Assembly: GCA_963702845.1 (NCBI GenBank)
Contig: OY969763.1
Coordinates: 4,704,001-4,768,000 of the forward strand
Reading direction: 5' to 3'
Length of the DNA: 64,000 bases
Source: an uncultured Verrucomicrobiae bacterium
GTDB taxonomy: Bacteria; Verrucomicrobiota; Verrucomicrobiia; Limisphaerales; Palsa-1400
The notes under the pieces are model-generated. The model was not told the origin of the DNA. It saw only the letters and a list, made by a program, of their open reading frames with translations, and did not search any database. A program made the position numbers and the translations under genes. Each line of letters starts with the position of its first letter. The first letter of the stretch is position 1. Shown here piece after piece: positions 20,071 through 30,625 of this stretch.

Positions 20071-22722
20071 TCAAGGCGTCCATTTCAGGCGATAAAATGC
20101 CGGCGAGACCGGGCTGCCGATGTCGTGGAAGTCATCGACAAAATCGAAGATGCCGCTGGAAACCGGCGCGTTCGTGAAGATAGTCGTCCAAACAGGCAAG
20201 TTGGTTGAGCGATCGATGAAATAAGTAGAGCCTGCATTTGCAGAATATCGCAAGACAATCGAAGTGCCATTCGTGACCACCACTTCCGCAAACTGAGCTG
20301 ATGCCGGTGCGGCAATACTCTTAATCGTCACGACTCCACTCACTGTTGCTCCGTGACCATCACTCAACGTATAGCTGAATTGATCCGTCGCGCTCGCGTT
20401 ATTGGAATACGAGATAGACGTCGAGTTTGTTGCGAGAACAATTCCATTCACGCTGCTCGCACTGATGCTCGCGACGGTTAACGCGTCTCCGTCCGCATCA
20501 GCGCCGTTGCCGGTCAACGCGCTAAACGGAATCTGCAGAACAGCAGGCGCATTGTTCGTAAAACTCAGCGTACTGGATATCGAGGGCTTGCGATTGACTT
20601 TGATTGAGCCGTTAACTGTCAGACCACCGGTATACCAATTCAATCCGGCACTGAGCGCCGGAAGATTCGAGCTGACGAACCCACCGCTGTAGCTCGGCGC
20701 CGAGAATAAAGTGAAGACTTCGCCGCCGATGAGTGTTCCGCCGGTATTATTCACAAAGAGAGTCCCGCCGTAATTAAGCGTGCCCGACAACAGAACAATT
20801 TTGCCGGCAAGCGACGACCCGCCGTTGCGATTGACCGGTGTATAAACCATTCCGTTTAGCGTAGGCGCGGTGCTCAACGTCAGCGTGCCTAACGACAAAC
20901 TTGGCACGATCGTGCCGCTCGCGGTTACGTTGACCGCACCAGATATTGCCCCCTGCCCCATGAGGGTGCCGCTGTTCACCGTCACCGGCCCGCTTCCAGT
21001 CGCGGAACCTGTGGTGTTGCTCACGACGAGAATGCCGGCATTCACAGTCGTGCCGCCAGCGTACGTATTAGCCGCCATGAGTTGGAGCGTGCCGCTTCCG
21101 CTTTTGACAAGGCCACCATTTGTAACCGGAACGTTTATGGATACATCGGCAAAACTCGTCCCATTACCGATCGTCAACGTTCGAGTGCCACCACTCAAAT
21201 CGACCAATCCCGAATTACCAGAACCACTGCCTTTCGCGATCGTTGCCGTGGCGTTGTTGAGCGGATTGATTGTCGTGTCGCCACTGATGAGAATTTTTGC
21301 AGGCGCCGACGCATGCGGCATCAAATTGATCGTATTGAACGTCAGCGCGCCGCCCGAAAGTGTGAACACAGCGTTCGTATCGACTTGCAACGTGTGCACG
21401 TTGAGCGCGCCGCTACCAAGCGTCGTTGGCCCGGAGAACTGCGCTGAAATGGGGCCGCCATGCAAAACGAGCGCCGAATTATCCGCACGATAGGTCGGAT
21501 TATAGTTAATTGTCAGCGACCCGCCGTTGATGTTCAGCGTCTCGCGATTGTAAAGTTTGCGAACGTTGTAGCTGCCGGTCGAAACGCTCACGGTGATATT
21601 CGCGCTAGCGCGCTCCAGGATGACCGTGTCGTATTGACCAGAAGTCGGACCTGTCCCCGCCGCACCGGGAACGCGCGGTGTCGGCAAACCACCGGTGTCA
21701 TATGGCGGCGGCTGATCTGCGGGCGTGACCGGATCGGCCGGGGTTTGCCCGCTGTTCCAATTAGCGAGCGCGCTCCAATCGCCGCTGGTGTCGTTCCACC
21801 AGACAGCGGGAACCAAATAATTGCGAACGTATTCAAGATCGCCGTGTGAGATGTCGGCGTCACAAGTAGTATCAACATTGTTAAAGCCGGGAATGGAAAC
21901 GGCAGTGTCGTATTGCCAGAACGACCAAGGGTTGGCGTTGCCATAGTCATCCCAAGGCCCATAAAAACCGGCGTACGTATCTTTCGGGTTGTCCGTCTGC
22001 TCGTTGTAAGTAGTTGGATATCGAGCATCCCAAAGCATCGGATACGCCGGACCGATTGCGCTGGGCATGTAATAACGCGGTTTTGCGATTGAATCGCGAT
22101 GCGCCTGCGTTGCGCTTTGCAGTGTGCTGGAATAATTGCCGTTGATATAGATGCACGGTCGGATCTGCATCACCGCGTAAAGGCGATCGGAAAAATCGAC
22201 AATAAATTGCGCGAGCGTGTCGCTGCCGGAACCCGCTTCCATGTCATACATCGGCATCAAATATCCCGGCCGCATCCACGGTCCTGCCATTTGAAGAAAG
22301 TGATTCGCTTCGTCGGTGCCGGTATTACCCGCAACATCCGGACGTCCGAAATGATAAGAGCCAATCACCATTCCCGCCGCAACAGCACGAATCAAATTTT
22401 GGACGAAACGCGGATCGTCGTAGCGTTGCGAGAGCGTCTGTTGACCTGTGCCGCCCGGAAAACCCGCCGTTTGATCCACACCGGTCGTGCCACCTCGCGT
22501 GGCGCGATGGAATACGAACACGCAATTGCCATTGGTATAGGCAGTGTTCCAGTTCGATTGCACAATGCTGCCGTTCCAATACGAAATATCTGCTCCGAAC
22601 GAGCGCACTTGTGCGGTTGACGAAATGCTGCTGGTGAACAGTAATGTGCTTACAAAAAGGGGCGCAATTCGGGCGGCAAAACCGTCCAGCCACCGCTTGC
22701 CCTGCGGTCGTTTTCTTTTCAT
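20071..22722 (-). CDS. GH25 lysozyme-like domain plus autotransporter-associated beta-strand repeat, Ig/cadherin-like domain and C-terminal FYRL-type domain
   Basis: GADISYWNG, GSYHF, DME, WSFWQY (GH25); GLVKSGSGTLQLMAANTYAGGTTVNAG; DADGDAL..FSYTLSDG. Confidence 0.8.
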   Translation of the reverse strand: MKRKRPQGKRWLDGFAARIAPLFVSTLLFTSSISSTAQVRSFGADISYWNGSIVQSNWNTAYTNGNCVFVFHRATRGGTTGVDQTAGFPGGTGQQTLSQRYDDPRFVQNLIRAVAAGMVIGSYHFGRPDVAGNTGTDEANHFLQMAGPWMRPGYLMPMYDMEAGSGSDTLAQFIVDFSDRLYAVMQIRPCIYINGNYSSTLQSATQAHRDSIAKPRYYMPSAIGPAYPMLWDARYPTTYNEQTDNPKDTYAGFYGPWDDYGNANPWSFWQYDTAVSIPGFNNVDTTCDADISHGDLEYVRNYLVPAVWWNDTSGDWSALANWNSGQTPADPVTPADQPPPYDTGGLPTPRVPGAAGTGPTSGQYDTVILERASANITVSVSTGSYNVRKLYNRETLNINGGSLTINYNPTYRADNSALVLHGGPISAQFSGPTTLGSGALNVHTLQVDTNAVFTLSGGALTFNTINLMPHASAPAKILISGDTTINPLNNATATIAKGSGSGNSGLVDLSGGTRTLTIGNGTSFADVSINVPVTNGGLVKSGSGTLQLMAANTYAGGTTVNAGILVVSNTTGSATGSGPVTVNSGTLMGQGAISGAVNVTASGTIVPSLSLGTLTLSTAPTLNGMVYTPVNRNGGSSLAGKIVLLSGTLNYGGTLFVNNTGGTLIGGEVFTLFSAPSYSGGFVSSNLPALSAGLNWYTGGLTVNGSIKVNRKPSISSTLSFTNNAPAVLQIPFSALTGNGADADGDALTVASISASSVNGIVLATNSTSISYSNNASATDQFSYTLSDGHGATVSGVVTIKSIAAPASAQFAEVVVTNGTSIVLRYSANAGSTYFIDRSTNLPVWTTIFTNAPVSSGIFDFVDDFHDIGSPVSPAFYRLKWTP

Positions 22723-22838
22723 TCGTTGGGTTCGCTCAATTTACCCAATCCAACGTGTCAACACAAGTGAACAAGCCGCTTTAATTGCTGATTTGCTGCC
22801 AAATTCTCCGAATCCAACGACGCCTACACAAATCGGTT

Positions 22839-23078
22839 TTAGAGAAGTCCTGACGTTTTGAGTTGTCCGCGAAAATCGCTCACATCGCGCAAGGCCTTAT
22901 CGATCGTCACGTCGTAATCCAGCGCAAGTTGCTCGACAATGAATGCGTCACTTTGATCTTGCATCAGCCCGCGCAAAATCGTCAACCCCATCGGGCTGAC
23001 CTGGAAGCTGTTGCCCGTGGTTGGATCGAAAACCAACCCATCTTCGTTCACCGCGAGTTTAGAAAGTGTTTTCATCAT
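22839..23078 (-). CDS. Stand-alone PqqD-family (RRE-fold) protein
   Basis: 79 aa; LVFDPTTGNSFQVS..IL..L..IVEQLALDYDV...RDVSDF..L pattern. Confidence 0.75.
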   Translation of the reverse strand: MMKTLSKLAVNEDGLVFDPTTGNSFQVSPMGLTILRGLMQDQSDAFIVEQLALDYDVTIDKALRDVSDFRGQLKTSGLL

Positions 23079-23224
23079 TTCTGGCGCTACATTGAATTCA
23101 CACCGTTAATGATTTATTTTGCCACAAGAGGAAAATTGTTAAGACCGTGTAAAAAATTTCGTGGGAGGAGGTTCCTACCCCACAAACAAAACGGAATAAA
23201 CCATCACCCCACCGAGTCCAACCA

Positions 23225-24457
23225 ATGTTAATGAAATTCCTTTCGACTCTGGTAATCTGCGCAATCACCTGCCTGACCGCCCTCGCTGCAGACGCCCCAA
23301 AATACCTCTTCTTCAACATCGCTCCCGGCGCAGAACATTTTTACACCGAACAATCCATCCGCAATGCGTTCGACGAACTGCCCAAAACTCTCCACGTCAT
23401 CGACAATCCAAACCTCCGCGTCGGCCTCTCATTCATCTTCAGCACACTGCAAACGCCAACTGAACAAATCGCCCAGCGCATCCGCACCGCACTCGATTGC
23501 AGCGAAAAATCAAGTGTCCCCGTCCTGATCGCGCTCGACGGCCAAAACTGGTGGGAAAGCCGTCCTGATTTATGGAACTGGTGGGACCCGACCAAACCCG
23601 GCTACAACCCGAGCAACATTTTCAACGTCGAATGGACCGGCTGGAGCCCGACCAACGCCATCAAAATAAGCTGGCGCAATTGGGGCACCATCCATCGCGT
23701 CGCACCCGCCCAAAACATTGCGAGCCCCAACATCCTTGCCCTTCACCTGCAGGCCTTGCGCGATCTCATTCCCATCATGGTCGAGTGGCATCGCAAACTT
23801 CCCGACGACCGCAAGTGGCTGTTCGGCGGAGTCAAACTCGGTTGGGAAACCAGCATCGGCTACAACGCATATTATTATCCCGACGGCAATCGCTACCTCG
23901 ATCAGTGGCCAACCGATTCCTCACACGACCCTGCAACCGTGCTCAACTGGAACAAAGGCTTGAGCGGCGGCGCGGTTCAAATCGGATACGCAGCCTTGAC
24001 CAGTGCTCGATTGAAAGACCACGGCGCAATCACGCGCGACGACATCGGCCTCGTCACCGCGTGGTATTTTGAAAAACTCTGCCGCACCGCACACGAAGCC
24101 GGCCTCACGCGCGAAGTTACTTTCACCCATCAAGGCGGAACCTACGAACCGTGGCAGAAGCAGCTCCCCTTTTGGCCCGCCATCAACCAATGGTCCACCC
24201 CAGGCTGGAGCTTCTACGGACTCGCCCCCAAAGACGCGGGCCCGCTCGACAAAGAATTGGACAATCAAAACCAACAACAATGGGCCGCTTGCGAATGGTG
24301 GTGGGGCGCCGGCAACGCCACCGACTGGGAAGACCATTTCGCGCGCACCCTCCATTTCCACGACTGCCGCTTCATCGACGTCTACAACTGGACCCACATG
24401 TTCAGCAACGATGTCGCCGGCCAGCGCGCCGTGCGAAGTCTAGTCGCAAGGTGGTAA
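23225..24457 (+). CDS. Secreted hypothetical protein, Trp-rich, possibly glycoside-hydrolase-like
   Basis: Signal peptide, 410-aa ORF with coding-like codon use. Confidence 0.6.
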   Translation: MLMKFLSTLVICAITCLTALAADAPKYLFFNIAPGAEHFYTEQSIRNAFDELPKTLHVIDNPNLRVGLSFIFSTLQTPTEQIAQRIRTALDCSEKSSVPVLIALDGQNWWESRPDLWNWWDPTKPGYNPSNIFNVEWTGWSPTNAIKISWRNWGTIHRVAPAQNIASPNILALHLQALRDLIPIMVEWHRKLPDDRKWLFGGVKLGWETSIGYNAYYYPDGNRYLDQWPTDSSHDPATVLNWNKGLSGGAVQIGYAALTSARLKDHGAITRDDIGLVTAWYFEKLCRTAHEAGLTREVTFTHQGGTYEPWQKQLPFWPAINQWSTPGWSFYGLAPKDAGPLDKELDNQNQQQWAACEWWWGAGNATDWEDHFARTLHFHDCRFIDVYNWTHMFSNDVAGQRAVRSLVARW

Positions 24458-24496
24458 ATTCCTCGCGCGTTCGCAACCGATTCGATACTCTCCCGC

Positions 24497-25216
24497 ATGG
24501 CCAAATTGGTTTTCGACATCGAAACCTCTGCTCTCCCGGTGGAAAACTTCGACGAAGCGCAACAGGAATACCTCTTTCGCGAAGCCCAGAAAATCGAGGA
24601 CGCAACCGAACGCGATACCAAGCGCGACGAAATTCAGCGCTTCTTCAGTCTCTGGCCTTTTACCGCCCAAGTCGTCTGCGTCGCCATGCTCAACGCCGAC
24701 AGTTGCCGCGGACAGGTTCTCTTCACCTCCGAAGATGCCGAGGACGGCGGTGAAGTCCCCGGCTCCGTTGAATTCGTCGCGTGCGCTGACGAAACCGAAC
24801 TGCTCACCGCATTTTGGGACGTCGCCAAACATTACGATTCTATTGTCACCTTCAACGGTCGCGGCTTCGACGTGCCCTTCATGTATCTCCGCTCCGCCAT
24901 TCTCAACGTTCCCGTCAGCCAAAAAAATTGGCTCGGCTACCGCTACCAGGTTGAACCGCACTGCGACCTGTTGGAGCAACTCACATTCTATAACGTCAGT
25001 GGTCGTGACGGCGCCGCCCGCCGTTTCAATTTGGATTTCTATTGCAAAGCTTTTGGCATCGAATCGCCAAAAGCCCACGGCGTCTCCGGCAATGACGTGA
25101 ACCAAATGATGGCCGAAGGGCGCTTCCGCGAAATCGCCGAATACTGTGCCCGCGACGTCCACGCCACCGTCCTGCTCTATAAAATTTGGAAAGAGCGTCT
25201 TTCAGGAATAAAATAA
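24497..25216 (+). CDS. DEDD 3'-5' exonuclease (PolB-exo/RNase H-like)
   Basis: FDIET, TFNGRGFDVPF, HCDL, YCARDV. Confidence 0.85.
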   Translation: MAKLVFDIETSALPVENFDEAQQEYLFREAQKIEDATERDTKRDEIQRFFSLWPFTAQVVCVAMLNADSCRGQVLFTSEDAEDGGEVPGSVEFVACADETELLTAFWDVAKHYDSIVTFNGRGFDVPFMYLRSAILNVPVSQKNWLGYRYQVEPHCDLLEQLTFYNVSGRDGAARRFNLDFYCKAFGIESPKAHGVSGNDVNQMMAEGRFREIAEYCARDVHATVLLYKIWKERLSGIK

Positions 25217-25221
25217 ATCAA

Positions 25222-25948
25222 ATGGCCAGCACCAGTCATGGGCCCTTGGGCAAGCTTCCGACCCAACCAGTCGACATGCTGGTCTGCTTCGCCGTCAAAG
25301 AAGAAGCCAAGTTTTTCTCGCCATTGCGCGAAGTCCGTGTCGCCAAAGGCGCCCGCGAAGAAGTCCGCATGCGCGCCTTCTGCCAGGTCTGGATCACCGG
25401 CATGGGCCGCACCAACGCCGCCCGCAGCATCCGCGAAGCAATCGCCAAAGTGAAACCCGAGCGCGTCATCACCGCAGGTTTCGCCGGCGGGCTCAATCCG
25501 AAAGCTCAAAGCCGGCGACATCCTCTACGACGAAGATTTCGACGCCGGCCTCGCCAACCAATTGGAAGACCTCGGCGCAATTTCAGCGAAATTTTGCTGT
25601 CACCGCCGCGTCGCTATCACCACCGAAGAAAAATTCAACTTGTGGCAGGAAACCAGTGCCGACGCCGTCGAAATGGAATCCTCCGTTATCCGCACCATCT
25701 GCAAAGAATTTAGAATTCCCAGCGCCACTGTTCGTGTTATCTCTGATGACGCCCACCAGGATCTCCCGCTCGATTTCAACGCGCTCATGACCTCCGAAGA
25801 CAGGATCGATTATCCGAAATTGATTTGGACCGTGTTGAGTCGCCCCAGCCGAATTCCAAAACTCATGGAATTCCAACGCCAAACCATCGCCGCCTCACAA
25901 AAATTGGGATCAGTCCTACAAGACCTGTTGCGCGGCGAACGTTCCTAG
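25222..25948 (+). CDS. Nucleoside phosphorylase family protein (HpnG/MTA-nucleosidase-like); frameshift near 25505
   Basis: TGMG, AGFAGGL, AVEMES, RVISD; close to hpnK/hpnD. Confidence 0.75.
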
Positions 25949-25950
25949 GG

Positions 25951-27111
25951 TCAAGGAACCAACAACGTCACGCGATAATATCTCGCGCTCGTGTCCGGAG
26001 TATCATCCACCGTAATAACCCCACTAATCGAAGCATAATCCCCAATCACCGTCCATCCCGTCGAAAAATCATTCCGCGACTCCAGCCGGTACGTCCTCTG
26101 GTTCGCCGCCGTCCACGTCAGCTCAACCTGCGCCGGTGGCCCGACTAATTTCACACTCAAAAACTTCGGCAAATTCGGCAACACAAAACCCGCATTATCA
26201 ATCACCCCGGGTGCGTTCGCATAATCCGCAAACGCAATCTGCGACAACTGACTCGCCGACAATCCATTGCTGTCCACGCCAAACCGCAGCTTGTCATGTC
26301 CCAAGGTAAAATTGGTAATCGTCAGCGTATCCGTGCTCCAGTCTTCAGCATGACTATCCGTAAACTGCAACGTGCTGTTCCCATTCCCAAAATCAATCGT
26401 GCGCGCCAACGACGGAGTCGGCCCTGTCATCGCGAGCGTCCCCAGGTTCTGACTAAATCCACCCGTCCCAAATGTCGGCGGCGTATCCGTAAAATTATCC
26501 GTCCCGCCATTGCCCAAAACGAGCCTAGTCGTCGAAGGCAGCCGATTATTTCCGCCGAGTTGCAACACACCACCTTCAATCGTCGTATCCCCGCTGTAAG
26601 TATTCGTTCCGCCAAGAATCACCGTCCCTAACTTATATTTGTGTAAAGCATCCGTCGTCCCCGGCGGATTTTGAAGTGACACATTCACTCTCGCCACATG
26701 TCCAGGCAGCACTGAAATGTGATTCGTCCCATGCGTGATCAACAACGGCGCGCCAGCAATCGTCACCGTCCCATCATCGAAATGCATATCACGAACCGTA
26801 ATCGACCCATTGTTTGTCGAAACCGTAATCGTGTAAGCGCCCGTCGCGTCACCCCCATTGGAAAACGCAACGTTACTGTCCTGTGGATACGCCGCAGGGT
26901 TGCCGCTGCCATCATCAGTGGTGCCGTTATCAGACCAATTCGCCGACGTTGCATCCCACGTGCCCGACGGCGCATTGCCAGCACCCGTGGCGCTGCCATT
27001 GCCATCCCAATAATAAATCGCGCGCGCACTTGGCCCGATCAGGCAAATGGACACAAAGAGGATGCAAGCTGTAGACAATCCGAGACCGCGTTGGAAAGGT
27101 CGTTGGGACAT
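25951..27111 (-). CDS. Secreted protein with autotransporter-associated beta-strand repeat and C-terminal YYRV-type domain
   Basis: Signal peptide, YYWDGNG, KLGTVILGGTNTYSGDTTIEGGVL. Confidence 0.75.
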   Translation of the reverse strand: MSQRPFQRGLGLSTACILFVSICLIGPSARAIYYWDGNGSATGAGNAPSGTWDATSANWSDNGTTDDGSGNPAAYPQDSNVAFSNGGDATGAYTITVSTNNGSITVRDMHFDDGTVTIAGAPLLITHGTNHISVLPGHVARVNVSLQNPPGTTDALHKYKLGTVILGGTNTYSGDTTIEGGVLQLGGNNRLPSTTRLVLGNGGTDNFTDTPPTFGTGGFSQNLGTLAMTGPTPSLARTIDFGNGNSTLQFTDSHAEDWSTDTLTITNFTLGHDKLRFGVDSNGLSASQLSQIAFADYANAPGVIDNAGFVLPNLPKFLSVKLVGPPAQVELTWTAANQRTYRLESRNDFSTGWTVIGDYASISGVITVDDTPDTSARYYRVTLLVP

Positions 27112-27176
27112 GCAAGAACTCTGCCATTCGTAATAAATCAGTCAAGCGCATTGAGCGCCCCGTACGCATATTTCCG

Positions 27177-27227
27177 CGTATCGCAGGTTTCCAAACCTGC
27201 CGTATCGCCGACTTCCAAGTCGGCAGG
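27177..27227 (+). repeat. REP-like double-hairpin repeat, family A, copy 1
   Basis: CGTATC-GCAGGTTTCCAAACCTGC-CGTATC-GCCGACTTCCAAGTCGGC; related copies at 42158, 42224, 51835 and 53659. Confidence 0.85.
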
Positions 27228-27293
27228 GCATCAAAACGCAAACAGTCCCGTAATTTTCGTCCACCCTCACCTTCAAAACCGCACTGCCCAAGC

Positions 27294-28979
27294 TTGAGTT
27301 TCCCAAAACTTTCGACAGCTTTAAGGCCATTGAAACCGCGTGCTCAACTCAACTGGCCACGCCTGCTCGCCGCCTTCACCACCGGCCTGCTTCTCGCCGC
27401 CGCATTTCCTAGCCTGAATCTGACCATCGCCGCCTGGATCGCCCCCGGCCTCATGCTCTGGGCGTGCTGCAACGATTCTTCACAATTCCGCCTCGGTTAC
27501 ATCGCCGGCCTGGGCCGCTGGCTCGGTTCAATTTACTGGCTCCTCTTCATCCCGTTTCATTGGCATGCCGTCACAGGCTTCCTCGCCCTCGCCTCCGTCC
27601 TCGCCCTGTTCACCGCCGCATGGTGCCGGATCTGTTTAAAAACTCTCGGCCCAAACGAAGGCTCCTTCTCCGATCGTCTCAGCAAATTAACATTAAAAAA
27701 ACAAATCCTCTGGCCCGCCCTCTGCGCAGCAACCTGGGTCGCAATCGAAATGGGAACCGCCCGCGTCTTCACCGGCTTTCCCTGGAACATCCTCGGAGCA
27801 TCGCAATTTCACTGCGTATCCCTGATCCAAATCGCGTCCTTCACCGGCGTCTACGGCATTTCATTCCTCGTCGTCTGGACCTCCGTCGCGCTCGCAACCG
27901 CCGTCGCACTCAAAACTCCTCGCCGCGCCAGCCTAGCTTTGATCCCACCGCTCGTCGCCACACTCGCCGCCATGATTTACGGGCAAATCTCCCTAACTGC
28001 TCCCGAACCCATCTCCAAAAAAATCAAAATTGCACTCGTCCAACCCTCCATTCCTCAACCCACCATCTGGGACGCCAACGAAAAAACAAACCGCTTTCTG
28101 AAGCTAGTGGCCCTTTCAAAACAAGCCCTCGAAACATCTCCCGATCTGCTCGTCTGGCCCGAAACCGCCATGCCCGACATCTTCACGCGCAACAAATTCA
28201 CCCAGGACATCGTCTCCGGCCTGGTAAAATCAAAAAAGGTTTGGATGGTCATGGGTGCCAGCGATTCGCGCCCGAAATTAAACGGCGCACCCGCTGATCT
28301 CGATTGGGCCAACAGTGCGTTCCTCATTTCGCCCGCCGGCGACCTCGCCTCACGCTACAACAAAAAACACCTCGTCATCTTCGGCGAGTACATGCCGCTC
28401 GCGGACATCTTCCCGTTCCTCGCAAAACTCCGTTCCTCAGGCGCAGGACTCGCCGCCGGAACCAAAAACATCACCTTCACCACCTCCGCACCCTCCGCCC
28501 ATTTCCCGGTGGTCATCTGTTACGAAGACATGTTTCCTCACGAAGTCCGCGACCGCGTAAATAACGAAACCGATTTCATTCTCAACCTCACCAACGACGG
28601 CTGGTTCGGCGAGAGCAACGTCCAATGGCAACACGCCATCAACGCTTTATTTCGCGCCGTCGAAAACGGAATTCCCCTCGTGCGTTGCACGAACAACGGC
28701 CTAACCTGTTGGATCGATGCCCACGGCCGTCTACACGAAATCTATTTCAACGGCTCGACGAACATTCATCAACCCGGCTGGAAAATCGCTGAAGTCCCGC
28801 TTCGTCCACCAAACCTACCCGCCACTTTCTACACCAAACATGGGGACGTTTTCGGCTGGGCCTGTGTCGCCTTTGCAATTATCGGTTGCGCCATGTTAAG
28901 TCGCGCTACTGCGACTGACTCGTCGCAACCGAAGCCACCTTCGCCGTCTGTTCCTTCTCGTGCTCGCTGTAGCTCGTAA
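27294..28979 (+). CDS. lnt: Apolipoprotein N-acyltransferase
   Basis: TGFPW, VWPET, KHLVIFGEY, ICYED, TNDGWFG, RAVENG. Confidence 0.93.
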   Translation: MSFPKLSTALRPLKPRAQLNWPRLLAAFTTGLLLAAAFPSLNLTIAAWIAPGLMLWACCNDSSQFRLGYIAGLGRWLGSIYWLLFIPFHWHAVTGFLALASVLALFTAAWCRICLKTLGPNEGSFSDRLSKLTLKKQILWPALCAATWVAIEMGTARVFTGFPWNILGASQFHCVSLIQIASFTGVYGISFLVVWTSVALATAVALKTPRRASLALIPPLVATLAAMIYGQISLTAPEPISKKIKIALVQPSIPQPTIWDANEKTNRFLKLVALSKQALETSPDLLVWPETAMPDIFTRNKFTQDIVSGLVKSKKVWMVMGASDSRPKLNGAPADLDWANSAFLISPAGDLASRYNKKHLVIFGEYMPLADIFPFLAKLRSSGAGLAAGTKNITFTTSAPSAHFPVVICYEDMFPHEVRDRVNNETDFILNLTNDGWFGESNVQWQHAINALFRAVENGIPLVRCTNNGLTCWIDAHGRLHEIYFNGSTNIHQPGWKIAEVPLRPPNLPATFYTKHGDVFGWACVAFAIIGCAMLSRATATDSSQPKPPSPSVPSRARCSS

Positions 28980-29334
28980 GCAATGCCCCAATTGCGATCA
29001 GCATCACGCCACCCCAACGAATCGCCGAAACATTTTCATGCAGAATAAATTTCGCCGCCAGCGTCGTAATAATAAAACCCAACGATGTCAGCGGCCAAAT
29101 TAAGCTCACATCCTTTTGCGAAAGCATATAGCACAGCGCCCCAAAAAAAATCGCCTCCAGAAACACGCCGAACACAATTTTCCCATTCGTCGCGCCTTCG
29201 ACAATAACGCGTCCAATCTCGCCGGCGCTAACCGTTTTGATGCCGTGCAACTCCTTCAATCCACCCGCTAGAAAGGCAACGCCAATCGATTCGATGATCG
29301 CGGCCACAATAAGAATAACGAAAATTTTCAGCAT
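28906..29334 (-). CDS. EamA/DMT small membrane transporter (paralog 2)
   Basis: Four to five TM helices; DVSLIWPLTSLG...LHENVSAIRWGG. Confidence 0.8.
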   Translation of the reverse strand: MLKIFVILIVAAIIESIGVAFLAGGLKELHGIKTVSAGEIGRVIVEGATNGKIVFGVFLEAIFFGALCYMLSQKDVSLIWPLTSLGFIITTLAAKFILHENVSAIRWGGVMLIAIGALLTSYSEHEKEQTAKVASVATSQSQ

Positions 29335-29338
29335 ACTA

Positions 29339-29767
29339 TTATAAATGTCGCACGGACGCTGTGGGTGCAGTTTTCGCCGCCTGCTCCTTTTGATGCTCGC
29401 TGTAGCTGGTCAGCGCCGCGCCGATCGCTATCAGCAAGACTCCACCCCATCGCATGGCAGACACCCGCTCGCGCAGGATAAACTTCGCACTTACCGTCGT
29501 TACAATAAAACCCAACGAAGTCAGTGGCCAGACAAGACTCACGTCCTTTTGCGAAAGCATGTAGCACAGCGCGCCAAAGAAAACCGCCTCAAGAAAAACC
29601 CCGCAGAGGATTCTTCCGTTCCTCAGAATTTCTAGAAAAATCCGCCAAATCTCGGAGATGCTGATGGTTTTAATGCCATCAAGCTCTTTTAAGCCACTTC
29701 CTAGACAAGCAACGGCAATCGATTCGATGATCGCGCCCACGAATAGTATAATAATTATTTTCGCCAC
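29339..29767 (-). CDS. EamA/DMT small membrane transporter (paralog 1)
   Basis: Close paralog of the adjacent gene; DVSLVWPLTSLG...LRERVSAMRWGG. Confidence 0.8.
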   Translation of the reverse strand: MAKIIIILFVGAIIESIAVACLGSGLKELDGIKTISISEIWRIFLEILRNGRILCGVFLEAVFFGALCYMLSQKDVSLVWPLTSLGFIVTTVSAKFILRERVSAMRWGGVLLIAIGAALTSYSEHQKEQAAKTAPTASVRHL

Positions 29768-29768
29768 A

Positions 29769-30587
29769 CTATAAATCCCCGTAACGAATCAATTCGATGT
29801 TGAGTTCTCGCACGAGCGCTTTTGTCTTCGGGCTGACCAGGGCGTCGAACTCATTCTTAAACTGGTCAAGAGAGGGATGCGAGTAAAGTTCTGAAACCCC
29901 TGAAGGTAAATCCGGCAATAGCTTAGTCACATAATCCTCATCGACCCGCGCATTTTGCAACAATCCAAAAACCGCATCCGTATGGGCGAAGTTTTTCCGC
30001 TCAAATGTCGAGCGTTCCCACGCCGACAAAAACTTAAAAATGATCGTGTGGCCAATCCGATAAATCCATTCACCTGATGCTATTCGCGCATTCAGAAAAA
30101 ACCGATCATTCGTCAACCGCATCCGCCGGATACGAAACCGCTCCGCATTTTCGACGAGAATCGAAAAAATCGCAGGGTGCATGTGCAAATGTAGATGCCC
30201 ATTCACATGATCCAGTGGCAGCCCGGTTGCATGAAACTTCTCAAACTGCGCCGTGATCTCATCGCGCAGTTGCCGCCGACAAGCCGGTGAAAAAAAGTAA
30301 CGCATCCCCGCCGATGCCGGATTATTCGTAAATTCCCCCTTCGCATCGACCAAATTGGGGATCCTCTCCGGCGGCAACACAGATTTCCCGCACACAGTCG
30401 TCAGATGCAAACCAACCCCGAGCTTCGGATTCTCACGCGCAAGCTCCACCGCCTCATCAAAACCGACCTCATTCACCATCAAACTCGTCGTCGTGAGAAT
30501 TCCTTCCCGATGCGCCCGAATCACCGCCTGATTAATAGAATGCGACCGCCCAAAATCATCCGCATTAACAATAAGCCGTCGTCGCAT
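29769..30587 (-). CDS. hpnK: Hopanoid-associated YdjC-family deacetylase HpnK
   Basis: IVNADDFG, GVGLH, DHVNGHLHLHMHP, ELYSHP; next to hpnD. Confidence 0.85.
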   Translation of the reverse strand: MRRRLIVNADDFGRSHSINQAVIRAHREGILTTTSLMVNEVGFDEAVELARENPKLGVGLHLTTVCGKSVLPPERIPNLVDAKGEFTNNPASAGMRYFFSPACRRQLRDEITAQFEKFHATGLPLDHVNGHLHLHMHPAIFSILVENAERFRIRRMRLTNDRFFLNARIASGEWIYRIGHTIIFKFLSAWERSTFERKNFAHTDAVFGLLQNARVDEDYVTKLLPDLPSGVSELYSHPSLDQFKNEFDALVSPKTKALVRELNIELIRYGDL

Positions 30588-30625
30588 TTACTTTAGCGTT
30601 TAGCCTTTAGCCTTCAGCCTTGTCT

